This document shows, one piece after another, positions 36,367 through 47,505 of a DNA stretch of 64,000 bases (positions within the stretch are counted from its first letter, which is position 1; each line of letters starts with the position of its first letter). The stretch lies in the NCBI GenBank assembly GCA_037142555.1, contig JBAXAJ010000003.1:13589-77588 (forward strand), read 5' to 3'. The notes under the pieces were generated by a model. That model saw only the letters and a list, made by a program, of their open reading frames with translations, was not told the origin of the DNA and did not search any database. This stretch comes from Candidatus Shapirobacteria bacterium. Lineage in GTDB: Bacteria; Patescibacteriota; Microgenomatia; UBA12405. A program made the position numbers and the translations under genes.

Positions 36367-36918
36367 ATGAAAGATAAAATAATATTCCAAGGCAAAACTA
36401 AAAGCGGAAAAATAATTTCTTTCCGTTATCCAACCATTAATGACACCCAAATTTTACTTGATTTTATAAACAAAATTTCCAAAGAAAAAACATTCGTTAC
36501 TTTTCAAGGTGAACAACAAACATTTGAAGAAGAAAAAAAATATGTCGAATCAATGGTCGATAAAATTAAAAATAAAAAGGCAGTCTATTTGTTAGGATTT
36601 ATTGATGGTAAGTTTGTCGGTTCAGCAGACATAAATATGATGGATAAAACTAGAAGCCATCTTGGTCTTTTTGGAATCACTGTTGCAAAAGAATATCGAG
36701 GTGAGGGGATTGGCAAAATTTTAATGGATCTAGTCATTAAAGAATCTAAATCAAAATTAAAAGAATTAAAACTAGTTACTCTAGATGTCTATGGTAAAAA
36801 CTTTATTGCCCAATCTCTCTATAAAAAACTTGGTTTCAAAGAATATGCTCGTCTTCCTCAAGGAGCCAAATACCGAGGCAAGTTTGATGACCTAATTTCA
36901 ATGTATAAAAAGTTATAA
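36367..36918 (+). CDS. GNAT family N-acetyltransferase
   Basis: V.KEYRGEGIG motif A; N..A..LYKKLGF. Confidence 0.92.
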   Translation: MKDKIIFQGKTKSGKIISFRYPTINDTQILLDFINKISKEKTFVTFQGEQQTFEEEKKYVESMVDKIKNKKAVYLLGFIDGKFVGSADINMMDKTRSHLGLFGITVAKEYRGEGIGKILMDLVIKESKSKLKELKLVTLDVYGKNFIAQSLYKKLGFKEYARLPQGAKYRGKFDDLISMYKKL

Positions 36919-36986
36919 AGATAGTTTTTTTGCGATAATTCTGCGGAGATTATTTGAAGCAAATTTTGATACAATAATGGCATCTC

Positions 36987-38249
36987 ATGATTGATATTAA
37001 TTTACTTAGAAATCAGCCAGAAATCGTCAAAACCGCGCTCAAAAATCGCCAAAAAGATCCTATTGTTGCAGACCAAGTTTTAGACTTTGATAAGAGTCGT
37101 TTAAAACTACTTTCCCAAGTTGAAGGATTAAGATCCGAACAAAATGTTCTCAGTCGTGCTTTCCAAGGGAAACCAACCGAATCCCAACTTAAAGAAGCTT
37201 CAGTGATTAAAGAAAAATTAAAAACTTTAGAAGCTGATTTAAAAGTAATCGAAGATAAACAAAATTTAGTTCTAGAAGAAATTCCAAACATCCCATCAGA
37301 TGACACTCCAATTGGCAAAGATGACAAAGATAATGTTGTCATCAAAACAGTCGGTGAGCCAACCAAATTTGATTTTGAGCCTCTAGATCATGCTGATCTC
37401 GGTGAAAAACTCGACATTCTTGATATCAAGAAAGCTGCTCAAGTTTCCGGTTCTCGTTTTGGTTATTTCAAAGGTCAAGGTGCAGTTCTCGAAATGGCGG
37501 TCATGTTCTATGCTTTCAACAAATTAGTCAAAAAAGGTTTCACGGCCATGATTCCTCCAACTATGGTTAAATCAGAAGCTGAATGGAAATGTGGTTACAC
37601 CAGCAACAAAAATCTAATGAATGCTTATTATTCCAGTCCTGAAGATGATTTAATTTTCATCAGCAGTTCTGAACATGTTGTTGTTCCATATCATATGGAT
37701 GAAATTCTAGATGCTAAAAAATTCCCAATTAAATATGTCAATTATTCACCATGTTTCAGAAGAGAAGCTGGAACCTATGGTAAAGACATGAAAGGCCTTT
37801 TAAGAGTCCATAACTTCAATAAAGTTGAAATGAACATTTTCACTCTTCCAGATTACAAAATTTCTGATGCTATGTGTCTAGAAATGTTGGCTCTAGAAGA
37901 AGAATTAATGCAAGAGTTTGGAATTCCATATCAAGTTGTTCAAGCTTGCACGGGTGATCTTCCTCAACCAAATCGTCGTATGTATGATCTAAATTCTTGG
38001 TTTCCAGGTCAAAAAGCCTATCGAGAAACTCATTCTTGCAGCAACTGTGGTGACTACCAATCTCGTCGTTTAAACACCAAAGTTAAAATTGATGGCAAAA
38101 ATGAATTAGTTCACATTTTAAATGCCACTCTAATCACCGATCGCGCTGTCTTAGCTATCATCGAAAATCATCAACAAAAAGACGGCAGCATCAAAATACC
38201 TAAAGTTTTACAACCTTATACAAATTTCGAGGTTATAAAACCCATTTAA
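36987..38249 (+). CDS. serS: serine--tRNA ligase
   Basis: N-terminal coiled coil, IPNIP, CFRREAG..GLLRVH.F.KVE, HSCSNC.DYQSRRL. Confidence 0.96.
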   Translation: MIDINLLRNQPEIVKTALKNRQKDPIVADQVLDFDKSRLKLLSQVEGLRSEQNVLSRAFQGKPTESQLKEASVIKEKLKTLEADLKVIEDKQNLVLEEIPNIPSDDTPIGKDDKDNVVIKTVGEPTKFDFEPLDHADLGEKLDILDIKKAAQVSGSRFGYFKGQGAVLEMAVMFYAFNKLVKKGFTAMIPPTMVKSEAEWKCGYTSNKNLMNAYYSSPEDDLIFISSSEHVVVPYHMDEILDAKKFPIKYVNYSPCFRREAGTYGKDMKGLLRVHNFNKVEMNIFTLPDYKISDAMCLEMLALEEELMQEFGIPYQVVQACTGDLPQPNRRMYDLNSWFPGQKAYRETHSCSNCGDYQSRRLNTKVKIDGKNELVHILNATLITDRAVLAIIENHQQKDGSIKIPKVLQPYTNFEVIKPI

Positions 38250-38269
38250 TTCGCTAGAGGAGCCACCTA

Positions 38270-38320
38270 TTCCGACTTGCTTTAGTATCAAAGCTAGAGC
38301 AGGTCGGAACGGTATTTTTT
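38270..38320 (+). terminator. 16-bp-stem hairpin plus T-run after serS (terminator, REP-like TCCGAC/GTCGGA ends)
   Basis: TTCCGACTTGCTTTAG-N8-CTAGAGCAGGTCGGAA followed by T-rich tract. Confidence 0.65.
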
Positions 38321-38337
38321 AAGGTATAATTATCACT

Positions 38338-41028
38338 ATGTTTAAACTAATTAAAAGTTTTTTTGATGAGAATAAAAGAAGAGTAAATTCTTTCAAACCA
38401 ATAATCGAAAAAATTAATGCTTTTGAAAAAGAAATTAACGCGCTTAAAGACGAAGATTTATATAAAAGAACTGAAAAATTCAAAAAACTTTTAAGTAAAG
38501 GTAAAACTCTAGATGACATTTTGCCTGAAGCCTATGCAGTAGTTCGAGAAACCATTCAAAGAACCATTGGTGAAAGAGCTTATGATGTTCAACTTATGTC
38601 GGCCATTACTCTCCACCAAGGTGCAATTGCCGAACAAAAAACCGGAGAAGGTAAGACTCACTCAGTCATCTTTCCAGCCTATTTAAACGCTCTAGAAGGC
38701 AAAGGTGTCCACATTGTCACTCCAAACGATTACTTAACTCGAGTTGGCGCCGGTTGGTATCCTCGAGCTTTGCACAAACTTGGAATCAGCACTGCTTGTA
38801 TTGTCCATGAACAATCATTCATTCTTGACCCAGAATATACTGACGAAAATGAAAAAATAGATAATCGTCTAGCTCATTTAAAGCCAATTACTCGAAAAGA
38901 AGCTTACAATGCCGACATTACCTATGGAACTAATAATGAATTTGGTTTTGATTATCTTCGTGATCACATGGTTTCTGAATATAAAGATATGGTTCAAAGA
39001 CCTCACAATTTTGCTGTCGTCGATGAAGTCGATTTTGTTTTGATTGACGAAGCCAGAACTCCTCTAATCATTTCTTCACCAAATAACCAACCAGTCGATA
39101 AATACTATGAATTTGCCAAGATAGCCTCTCAACTTCAACAAAACGATTACATCATCGATGAGAAAGCTAAATCAGCCACTTTATCAGAATATGGAATCAG
39201 AAAAATAGAAAGAGTTTTGAATGTCAAAAATCTTTATGAAGAATCATTTGAAACCATTCATTACATTGAAAACGCTATCAAAGCTCGAGCTATTTTCCAA
39301 AAAGATAAAGATTATGTCGTCAAAGATGGTGAAGTAATAATTGTCGATGAATTCACTGGCCGCATGATGAATGGCCGACGCTGGTCAGATGGTCTTCACC
39401 AAGCGGTTGAAGCTAAAGAAAGTGTCACTGTCCAACGTGAATCTCAAACTTGGGCCACCATCACTTTCCAAAACTTTTTCCGTCTCTATACCAAATTAGC
39501 CGGTATGACTGGAACCGCCGCCACTGAGTCTGAAGAATTTAAAAAGATTTATGATCTAGATGTTGTCACTATCCCAACTCATCGTGATCTTCAAAGAGAT
39601 GATCAAAACGATTTAATTTTCAAAACTCAAAGATCTAAATATGTTGCTGTTGTTAATAAAATTGAAGAACTTCATAAGAAGGGTCAACCAGTTTTAATTG
39701 GAACTACTTCAATTGAAAAAAATGGAATACTTGGTAATTTATTAACTAAAAGAGGACTTACTCACCAAGTTTTAAACGCTAAAAATCACCGATCTGAAGC
39801 TGAAATAATTTCAAAAGCTGGAAAGAAAGGTGCCATCACTGTTGCTACTAACATGGCTGGCCGAGGTGTCGACATCATTCTTGGTGGTCCAAAAGAATTA
39901 ACCGATAAAAAAACTTGGAAAAAAGAACATGACGAAGTTTTAAGTCTTGGTGGTTTATGTGTCATTGGTACTGAACGACACGAATCACGCCGCATCGACA
40001 ACCAACTCCGAGGTCGAGCTGGTCGTCAAGGTGATCCAGGTTATTCTCAATTCTATGTTGCTCTTGATGATGATTTAATGCGAGTTTTTGGTGGTGAAAA
40101 AATTAGCACTCTAATGAGTCGATTCAACATGCCAGACGACATGCCTCTAACTCATCCGCTAGTTTCTAAAGTTATTGAACAAATCCAAGTTAAAGTTGAA
40201 GGCTACAATTTTGATTCTCGAAAACACTTAGTTGAATATGACGATGTCATTAATAAGCAAAGAAAAATAGTCTACAATCTTCGCGACACAACTCTAATTA
40301 ACGCCGATTCTGAGGAACAATTAAATGAAGAAACTATTTATAAAGCTCTAAATAATCAAATAAGTTCGTTAGTCGCCATGAACAGCGACTATGAAAATGG
40401 CAAACTTGATGCTGAAAAAATAATGCTTGAATTCTCAGAAATTCTTCCAATGGATCCATCTCAAAGAAACAAAGTCAGATCAGAACTAGAAAAAGCAAAT
40501 AACCCACAGGAATATTTAGTTAATATTTTAAAAGATCAATGGCAACAGAGAATCAGTTATTTTGGTAAAGACATTTCAAAATCTGTTCTTATATTTGCCA
40601 TCATTTCCACACTTGATCCACTTTGGGTTGAACACTTAACCCATCTTGATGACCTACGAGAAGGTGTCCGTCTCCGAGGTTATGCTCAAAAAGACCCTCT
40701 GATCGAATATCGAAAAGAAGGCTACGAAATGTTCCAAAAATTAATGGGGCAATTTGAATATAACTTATCTAGAAAACTTTTCAGACTTGAACCAGTTACT
40801 GCTCCACCTCAGGCTGGGCCAGATCAAGCCACTGAAACTCGTGGTCAAGTTGAAGATCTATCTATTGAAACAAGTGCTCAAGCAGTTGATAATCAAGAAG
40901 TAGAGAATCATCAACACCAAGCCAAAGCCCAAACAGTCACCAAAGAAAACACTGTTGGTCGAAATGACCCATGTCCTTGTGGTTCAGGCAAAAAATATAA
41001 AAAATGTTGTTATCCTCAATACGAATAA
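38338..41028 (+). CDS. secA: preprotein translocase subunit SecA
   Basis: KTGEGKT, DEVD, ATNMAGRG.DI, QLRGRAGRQGDPG, SEC-C motif GRNDPCPCGSGKKYKKCC. Confidence 0.98.
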   Translation: MFKLIKSFFDENKRRVNSFKPIIEKINAFEKEINALKDEDLYKRTEKFKKLLSKGKTLDDILPEAYAVVRETIQRTIGERAYDVQLMSAITLHQGAIAEQKTGEGKTHSVIFPAYLNALEGKGVHIVTPNDYLTRVGAGWYPRALHKLGISTACIVHEQSFILDPEYTDENEKIDNRLAHLKPITRKEAYNADITYGTNNEFGFDYLRDHMVSEYKDMVQRPHNFAVVDEVDFVLIDEARTPLIISSPNNQPVDKYYEFAKIASQLQQNDYIIDEKAKSATLSEYGIRKIERVLNVKNLYEESFETIHYIENAIKARAIFQKDKDYVVKDGEVIIVDEFTGRMMNGRRWSDGLHQAVEAKESVTVQRESQTWATITFQNFFRLYTKLAGMTGTAATESEEFKKIYDLDVVTIPTHRDLQRDDQNDLIFKTQRSKYVAVVNKIEELHKKGQPVLIGTTSIEKNGILGNLLTKRGLTHQVLNAKNHRSEAEIISKAGKKGAITVATNMAGRGVDIILGGPKELTDKKTWKKEHDEVLSLGGLCVIGTERHESRRIDNQLRGRAGRQGDPGYSQFYVALDDDLMRVFGGEKISTLMSRFNMPDDMPLTHPLVSKVIEQIQVKVEGYNFDSRKHLVEYDDVINKQRKIVYNLRDTTLINADSEEQLNEETIYKALNNQISSLVAMNSDYENGKLDAEKIMLEFSEILPMDPSQRNKVRSELEKANNPQEYLVNILKDQWQQRISYFGKDISKSVLIFAIISTLDPLWVEHLTHLDDLREGVRLRGYAQKDPLIEYRKEGYEMFQKLMGQFEYNLSRKLFRLEPVTAPPQAGPDQATETRGQVEDLSIETSAQAVDNQEVENHQHQAKAQTVTKENTVGRNDPCPCGSGKKYKKCCYPQYE

Positions 41029-41030
41029 AT

Positions 41031-42047
41031 ATGATCAAAAAACTAGTATCTAAAAAAATCTGGAAAGAAATTAAAAAAGCAAAAAGCATTCTTTTAACTA
41101 TCCATCCAAGCCCAGACGCCGATTCAGTTGGTTCTAATTTAGCTCTCTATGAAGTAATCAGTAAAATGGGCAAAAAAGTCACTCTAATTGCTGGTGATTC
41201 CGAATTTCCTCAAAACATGGCAACTTTACCAAACAGCAACAAAGTCTTACCAAAAAACTTTTTTCAAATTAATCAAAATGACTATGATTTATTCATAATA
41301 GCCGATATTTCAGACAAAAAAAGAATTTCAAACCAAGGTGAAGTTAAACTTAGTAAACATTTAAAAACTATTTGCATTGATCATCATTTCAGCAACCAAA
41401 AATTTGCCAACATTAATTTAATAGATGTTAAGTCTCCAGCTACTTGCCAATTAATTTATGAATTTTTACAAGTTAATAAAATTAAAATAACTAAAAATAT
41501 TGCCAATTGTCTATTTATTGGCATCTACGCTGACACTGGTGGTTTTAAATATTTAAACACTACTCACAAAACTTTTTTAATTGTCTCAGATTTAGTCAAA
41601 ATATATCCAAAATTCAATAAAACTGTTTTTGAACTAGAAAATAATGACAAAGCTGATCGTCTTAAATTTCTATCTTTAATGTTTGCCGCCATCAAAACTT
41701 ATTGTTCAGAAAAAGTTGCTATTTCTTCCATTGATTTTAAAACTATCCAAGAAAATAATCTTGATAATAGTAGTGTCATCCATGGTTCCGACATCGCTAA
41801 TTCCATTAAATCAGTCACTGGTTGGGAAATTGGCATTAGCCTAATTGAAGTTCAACCAAATTTAATCAAAATTAGTTTCAGGACTAGAGACCCTAATAAA
41901 TATGATTTAACCAAAGTTGCCGCCGCTCTTGGTGGTGGTGGTCACAAACCTGCCGCTGGTGCTGTTTTAAACAACATGTCTCTTCAAAAAGGTATTGATT
42001 TAATCATCGAAAAACTCCAAAAAGTCTACCCAGATTTAAGAAAATAA
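41031..42047 (+). CDS. nrnA: DHH/DHHA1 phosphoesterase (NrnA-like)
   Basis: HPSPDAD, IDHH, DTGGF, SFRT, GGGGH..AAG. Confidence 0.88.
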   Translation: MIKKLVSKKIWKEIKKAKSILLTIHPSPDADSVGSNLALYEVISKMGKKVTLIAGDSEFPQNMATLPNSNKVLPKNFFQINQNDYDLFIIADISDKKRISNQGEVKLSKHLKTICIDHHFSNQKFANINLIDVKSPATCQLIYEFLQVNKIKITKNIANCLFIGIYADTGGFKYLNTTHKTFLIVSDLVKIYPKFNKTVFELENNDKADRLKFLSLMFAAIKTYCSEKVAISSIDFKTIQENNLDNSSVIHGSDIANSIKSVTGWEIGISLIEVQPNLIKISFRTRDPNKYDLTKVAAALGGGGHKPAAGAVLNNMSLQKGIDLIIEKLQKVYPDLRK

Positions 42048-42076
42048 AAAGGATTAAACTTCTGATAAACTAACTT

Positions 42077-42382
42077 ATGACAGATTGTATTTTTTGCAAA
42101 ATAGCCAGTGGGGAAGTCAATTGCGAAAAAATTTATGAAGACGATAATTTTCTTGCTTTTCTAGATGTTAATCCAAAAGCTCTTGGCCACACTCTTTTAA
42201 TTCCTAAGAAACATTATCAATGGACTTATGATGTCCCTAATTTTGGCGAATATTGGGAAGTTGCCAAAAAAGTTGGGCTAGACCAAAAAGAAAAATTCAA
42301 TGCTGAATTCATTTCATTTGTAACCATGGGAACAGACATTCCTCATGCTCATATTCATATAATTCCTCATTATAAAATTTAA
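42077..42382 (+). CDS. HIT family hydrolase
   Basis: DCIFCKI, GHTLLIPK, HAHIHIIP. Confidence 0.95.
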   Translation: MTDCIFCKIASGEVNCEKIYEDDNFLAFLDVNPKALGHTLLIPKKHYQWTYDVPNFGEYWEVAKKVGLDQKEKFNAEFISFVTMGTDIPHAHIHIIPHYKI

Positions 42383-42390
42383 ATAAAACT

Positions 42391-42672
42391 ATGGATCCAA
42401 ATCAAGAAATAATCTCCGAGCTCAAAGCTCTTAATGAAAAATTAGACAAAGTCACTAAACCATCAAAACTTATGTGGACTAACTTTTTGAGTGGCACTTT
42501 TCGGTCTCTAGGAATGCTTTTTGGGACTATAATCATTGGTTCAATCTTGATCTACATTTTTTCTCAAGTTGATTTTACAAAATCAGTTTCAAAATGGGTT
42601 GAAGATACTTTATCCCAAATTAGATGGGAAAAAATTGTTACCCCTCAAAACGAAATAATCGAACAAAAATAA
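42391..42672 (+). CDS. small membrane protein (DUF5665-like)
   Basis: NFLSG.FR.LG..FGT TM pattern. Confidence 0.65.
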   Translation: MDPNQEIISELKALNEKLDKVTKPSKLMWTNFLSGTFRSLGMLFGTIIIGSILIYIFSQVDFTKSVSKWVEDTLSQIRWEKIVTPQNEIIEQK

Positions 42673-42708
42673 TTTAATTAAATAAAATTTATGTCGTTAA
42701 AATAAAAT

Positions 42709-43893
42709 ATGATTATATTTGGATTAATTATCATTATATTAATAATATATTTTTTTATTTCATATTTTTGGACACACTTTGGAATTTTAATTTTATTAGC
42801 ACCAACTAAACCTTGGGTTATGGAATTAATTAAATATAAAGATTTTTTAAATGGATATAAAGATGAAATATTAACCTTTTTTATAGTCTCAATCTTAATA
42901 TTAACTTTAATACAAATATTTTTTCTAAATTCCAAATTTTTAGAAAAATTTAGTATTAGAAAATTATTAATAATTTCCTTAATTACAAGTCTCATAGCTA
43001 GTTTGTCCTACCCATTTTTATCAAGTGACATTTTCAGCTATCTATTTGCCGGGAAAATGGTAACTTTTTTCCATTTAAACCCATATTTCAATGCTCCAAT
43101 TGTTGTTGAAGGAAAAGAATTATGGTTTGCTTTCACTCTATGGGTAAACAATGTGAACTACACTATTTTTGGAACAGATATTAAATATGCCTATGGTCCA
43201 GTGTTTTTAGCCTATTCATTAATACCATTTTTAATTTTTACTTCTGCCAAATTTTTAGGTGTTTTTTATGGTCTTAAATTATTAAATGTAATGGTTTTTA
43301 TGCTTTGTGGTTGGATGCTTTTGAAAATTAATAAAAATGATAAGAAAATCTTTGCTTATTGGTTTTTTAACCCATTATTGATATTAGAACTATTGATTAA
43401 TTCACATAATGATTTGATCATGGTTGCCCTTTTTATAACTTCAATCTTCTTTTCTATTGTGAATAAAAATAAAATTCTCCAAACAACAGCTTTTATAGCA
43501 TCAGTCGCTACAAAATTTATCAGTGCACCTCTAATTTTTACTTTAATATTTAGTGGCAAAATAAGATTATGGTTATTCAGATTATCTGGGTTTGCTATTC
43601 TTTTTTATAATGCTTACAACCCAAAATATATGTGGTATTACACTTGGATTTATATGATTTTCCCTTTTGTAAATTTGAAGAAAAGAAGTTGGATTATTAT
43701 ATTTTTATTTCAAAGTGTGTTACTTATCTTTGCATACTCAAAATTTATAATTCATAATCAATGGGGTTCACTTGATTGGATGCCACCACAACAGTATTTT
43801 AGATGGGGGTTACCAATTTTATTACTTATTTCTGAAATTAATATACTTCCAATATTTAAAAAGGCAAAATTATTAATCTCAAAAATAGTCTAA
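42709..43893 (+). CDS. GT-C fold membrane glycosyltransferase (MptA/MptB-like)
   Basis: SSDIFSY, NPY, YGPVF, NPLL..E..N.HND motifs; very AT-rich. Confidence 0.7.
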   Translation: MIIFGLIIIILIIYFFISYFWTHFGILILLAPTKPWVMELIKYKDFLNGYKDEILTFFIVSILILTLIQIFFLNSKFLEKFSIRKLLIISLITSLIASLSYPFLSSDIFSYLFAGKMVTFFHLNPYFNAPIVVEGKELWFAFTLWVNNVNYTIFGTDIKYAYGPVFLAYSLIPFLIFTSAKFLGVFYGLKLLNVMVFMLCGWMLLKINKNDKKIFAYWFFNPLLILELLINSHNDLIMVALFITSIFFSIVNKNKILQTTAFIASVATKFISAPLIFTLIFSGKIRLWLFRLSGFAILFYNAYNPKYMWYYTWIYMIFPFVNLKKRSWIIIFLFQSVLLIFAYSKFIIHNQWGSLDWMPPQQYFRWGLPILLLISEINILPIFKKAKLLISKIV

Positions 43894-45732
43894 TTATTTT
43901 TTTCGTGAAGCTCTGACTCGGTCAGTTTTATTCAAAAGTTTCTTTCTTAATCGAATTGTTTTTGGAGTAATATCAATAAACTCATCACTATTAATAAAGT
44001 CTAGTGATTCTTCAATCGAATATTTAACTGCTGGTGCCAACACAATTCCATCATCGTTTCCAGATGAACGCATGTTGGTTAATTGTTTACCCTTACAGAT
44101 ATTTATCTCTAAATCACCAATCATTGGTCTGAAACCAACAATTTGTCCTTCATAAACCATTTCAGTTGGAGAAATAAAAGTAATGCCTCTTTTTTGAGCT
44201 AAATCTAATCCAAAAGACAAAGCTTTACCAGACTCAGAAGCAATTAAAACTCCATTTCTTTCTTTAGTGTTATCTTCTTGTTTTGGTTCAAAGTCGATAA
44301 ATAAGAAGTTTAATGACACCATTCCTCTAGTTTCAGTCATTAAAGCACTTCGTAGACCTAAAGCATTCTTTTCACTGATTTTATAAATCATTTTAGTTCC
44401 GACCTTATCATCAGTTTGCATATCCAACATTTCTGCTTTTCTCTTACCTAATTCAGAAGTAATTGTTCCCACATATTCATCAGGAGTAATAATAGTTAAT
44501 TCATTAAAAGGTTCACAAACAACTCCGTCAATCTTTTTCAAGATTACTTCAGGTTTACCAACTTCCATTGCATATCCTTCTCGGCGTAATTTTTCAACTA
44601 AAATAGCTAAATGTAATTCACCTCGACCAGCCACTAACATTCTGATGCTATCACTTGGATCATCTTCAATTTTTAATCCTAAGTTTGATTCAACTTCTTC
44701 TCTCAATCTTTCTTTAAGTTCTCTACTGGTCAAAAATTTAGATTCATCTCTAGCAAAAACCGATGTATTAGGTCCAAAACTAGCCTTAAGAGTCGGTTCA
44801 GCGACTTCAATTGCTGGAAGTGCCACTTGAAAACTTGGTGAAGTCAAAGTTTGTCCAATTTCGATCTCAGAAATTCCAGAAATATAAACAATTTCTCCAC
44901 TAGTTACTTCATTTGCTTCAACTTTGTTAATTCCTTCATTAACATACATTTTTTCAGCTCTAAAATTACCAGCTACTTTTTGGTCAACATTAACTAAGGA
45001 AATATAATCTCCCTTTTTAACCATTCCTTGATTAACTCTTCCAACTGCTAATTTACCTAAATATTCATTCTTTTCAAAAGCAGAAACTAACATTTGGAAA
45101 GGTTGATCCATATTTTTTTGAGCACTAGGGATAGTTTTTAAAATTGTTTCAAAAAGGGGAGTCACATCACCTTTTTCTTCCATTGATTCCGGCATTTCAT
45201 AAAATGTCTTTCCTTCTCGACCGATTGCATAAATAATTGGAAAATCTAATAATTCAGGATCATCAGCTAAAGATAAAAATAAATTTTCAGCATCAGCCAC
45301 AACTTCTTTAGTTCTTTCGTCTTTTCTATCAATCTTATTAATAACCAAAATAACTTTCAATTTATAGTCCAAAGCTCTCTTTAAAACGAATTTAGTTTGA
45401 GATAAAGGGCCTTCAGCCGCATCAACGATCAATAGAACACCATCAGCCATGTTTAAGACTCTTTCGACTTCACCACCAAAATCAGCGTGTCCAGGAGTGT
45501 CTATGATGTTAATTTTAGTGTCTTTATAAAAAACAGAGGTATTTTTAGATAAAATAGTGATTCCTTTTTCTCTTTCCAGATCATTACTATCCATGATTCG
45601 ATCGACATTCATCTCTTCTTGGTTTTCTCTAAAAGTGTGTGTTTGCTTTAATAAAGCATCAACTAAAGTGGTTTTTCCATGATCAACGTGGGCAATCACA
45701 GCAATGTTTATTATATTATTGAACTTGGGCAT
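43894..45732 (-). CDS. typA: translational GTPase TypA/BipA
   Basis: [38 protein letters not shown]. Confidence 0.97.
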   Translation of the reverse strand: MPKFNNIINIAVIAHVDHGKTTLVDALLKQTHTFRENQEEMNVDRIMDSNDLEREKGITILSKNTSVFYKDTKINIIDTPGHADFGGEVERVLNMADGVLLIVDAAEGPLSQTKFVLKRALDYKLKVILVINKIDRKDERTKEVVADAENLFLSLADDPELLDFPIIYAIGREGKTFYEMPESMEEKGDVTPLFETILKTIPSAQKNMDQPFQMLVSAFEKNEYLGKLAVGRVNQGMVKKGDYISLVNVDQKVAGNFRAEKMYVNEGINKVEANEVTSGEIVYISGISEIEIGQTLTSPSFQVALPAIEVAEPTLKASFGPNTSVFARDESKFLTSRELKERLREEVESNLGLKIEDDPSDSIRMLVAGRGELHLAILVEKLRREGYAMEVGKPEVILKKIDGVVCEPFNELTIITPDEYVGTITSELGKRKAEMLDMQTDDKVGTKMIYKISEKNALGLRSALMTETRGMVSLNFLFIDFEPKQEDNTKERNGVLIASESGKALSFGLDLAQKRGITFISPTEMVYEGQIVGFRPMIGDLEINICKGKQLTNMRSSGNDDGIVLAPAVKYSIEESLDFINSDEFIDITPKTIRLRKKLLNKTDRVRASRKK

Positions 45733-45760
45733 CCGTAGATTGTACTATAATATAATAATT

Positions 45761-46528
45761 ATGCAACAAATTAAGTTAATTCTCTTATTTTTACTTTTAA
45801 TCTTATTTTCCACATTTATCTTGTTTTTCATCAAAAAACCAACTAAAGAAAAGGTTGAAACTAAAATTAACCAAACTATTGCTAAAGTTGAAGAAATTAA
45901 AGAAACAATTGCTCCAGAACCAACCAAAATATTAAAAGATGGTCTCCCAAATAAATTTTTAATTAAAACCGCCTTTGTAGAACAGGCTCCAGAGAAAAAC
46001 TGGGATCAACCGTGGCAAGATGCTTGTGAAGAAGCTTCACTTTTAACTGTCGATTTATATTATAAAAATAAATCAATTTCTTTAGTTGAAAATAGAGATT
46101 TAATCCTAGATATGATCAAATTTGAAGACACTCAAACTTTTTCTAAGGATATGAATATTTCTCAAATGGCCATAGTAGGTGAAAAATATCTAAATTATCA
46201 AACTAAAATAATAGAAAATCCAAGTGTTGAAGATATTAAAAAATATTTAAGTCAAAATATTCCAATAATAGTCACTGCCAATGGGAAAACTTTATTTGCC
46301 GAAAATAAACATTTTAATTCAGGTGGCCCTTATTACCATAGCCTCGTAATTCTTGGCTATGATGACACTAAAAAACAATTTATAGTTCATGATGTTGGAA
46401 CCAAAGCCGGTGCCTATTTCCACTATTCTTATTCACTACTTCTAGAAAGCATCCATGACTTTCCTGAATCTGGCCACAAGGAAGATATTAATAACGGTCA
46501 AAAAAAAGTTTTAATTTTGTTAAAATAA
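45761..46528 (+). CDS. membrane-anchored C39-like peptidase family protein
   Basis: N-terminal TM; QAP...ACEEAS, HSLVILGYD, HD. Confidence 0.8.
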   Translation: MQQIKLILLFLLLILFSTFILFFIKKPTKEKVETKINQTIAKVEEIKETIAPEPTKILKDGLPNKFLIKTAFVEQAPEKNWDQPWQDACEEASLLTVDLYYKNKSISLVENRDLILDMIKFEDTQTFSKDMNISQMAIVGEKYLNYQTKIIENPSVEDIKKYLSQNIPIIVTANGKTLFAENKHFNSGGPYYHSLVILGYDDTKKQFIVHDVGTKAGAYFHYSYSLLLESIHDFPESGHKEDINNGQKKVLILLK

Positions 46529-46531
46529 ATA

Positions 46532-47119
46532 ATGCCAAAAATTATAATTATTATTTTATCAATCATATTTTTATCAGCTTGTTCAAGTGACTCTATTAAA
46601 GAACAAAACATAGATCTTAATCAAGCAAAACAACCAACACCAACTATGACTCAAAATTTAATTCCAACAACTTCAGTTAACAACCAAGATTCCATAATTT
46701 CTATTAAAACCAAAGATGGTGAAATAGTTGCCAAACTCTATTCAAAAGAAGCTCCAAACACTGTCGCTAATTTCATTAAAAAAGCTAATTCTGGATTCTA
46801 TAAAAACTTAAACTTTCATCGAGTAATTCCAGGTTTCATGGCCCAGGGTGGTGACCCAACTGGAACCGGAACTGGTGGTGGCGATCAAAAATCAGAAATC
46901 AATAATATTCCTTTTGTCCGTGGCAGTTTTGGTCTAGCTCGAGCTGGAAACAAAGAAATCAGTAACGATAGTCAATTCTTCATCTGTTTTAATAACCAAG
47001 GTTGTCAACATTTAACAGGTGATTATGTAAATTTTGGAGAAGTAATCTCCGGTCTAGATATTCTAGACAAAATTCAACAAGGTGACAAAATTATAGATAT
47101 TACTACTAAAACAAAATGA
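46532..47119 (+). CDS. cyclophilin-type PPIase, lipoprotein
   Basis: LSAC lipobox; APNTV.NF, FHRVI.GFMAQGGDP, SQFFI. Confidence 0.93.
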   Translation: MPKIIIIILSIIFLSACSSDSIKEQNIDLNQAKQPTPTMTQNLIPTTSVNNQDSIISIKTKDGEIVAKLYSKEAPNTVANFIKKANSGFYKNLNFHRVIPGFMAQGGDPTGTGTGGGDQKSEINNIPFVRGSFGLARAGNKEISNDSQFFICFNNQGCQHLTGDYVNFGEVISGLDILDKIQQGDKIIDITTKTK

Positions 47120-47499
47120 AAAAAATAATAATCGTATTAATAATAGTTGCTGTCATTTTTGGCTTCTATAAATTAACTGCCAAAGCTCCAGCTTCCACTA
47201 ACACTGATTATCAAAATTCTGATTTTATCCTATTCTACGGCAGCAGTTGCCCTCATTGTAAAGTTGTCGAAGAATTCATCGCTAAAAACGAAATTGATAA
47301 AAAACTTAAAATTAGCCAATTAGAAGTTTATGAAAATAAATCTAATTCTGCTCTTTTTGCCAAAACAGTCAAAGAAATTTGTCCTGATAAAATAACTGCA
47401 GATGGCCTTATAGTCCCATTTTTAATCAATCCAAAAGATAAACAATGTTATCTTGGTGACCAACCAATAATCGACTATTTAACAGCAAAATCAAAATAG
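47116..47499 (+). CDS. exported thioredoxin/glutaredoxin-fold protein
   Basis: Signal/TM segment, CPHC, cis-Pro VPF. Confidence 0.8.
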   Translation: MKKIIIVLIIVAVIFGFYKLTAKAPASTNTDYQNSDFILFYGSSCPHCKVVEEFIAKNEIDKKLKISQLEVYENKSNSALFAKTVKEICPDKITADGLIVPFLINPKDKQCYLGDQPIIDYLTAKSK

Positions 47500-47505
47500 C
47501 TTTTA

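Noticed and set aside
36930-36955. Hairpin upstream of serS as a T-box or terminator
   Set aside because: Weak AT-rich stem, no T-box motif, and the spacer is too short.
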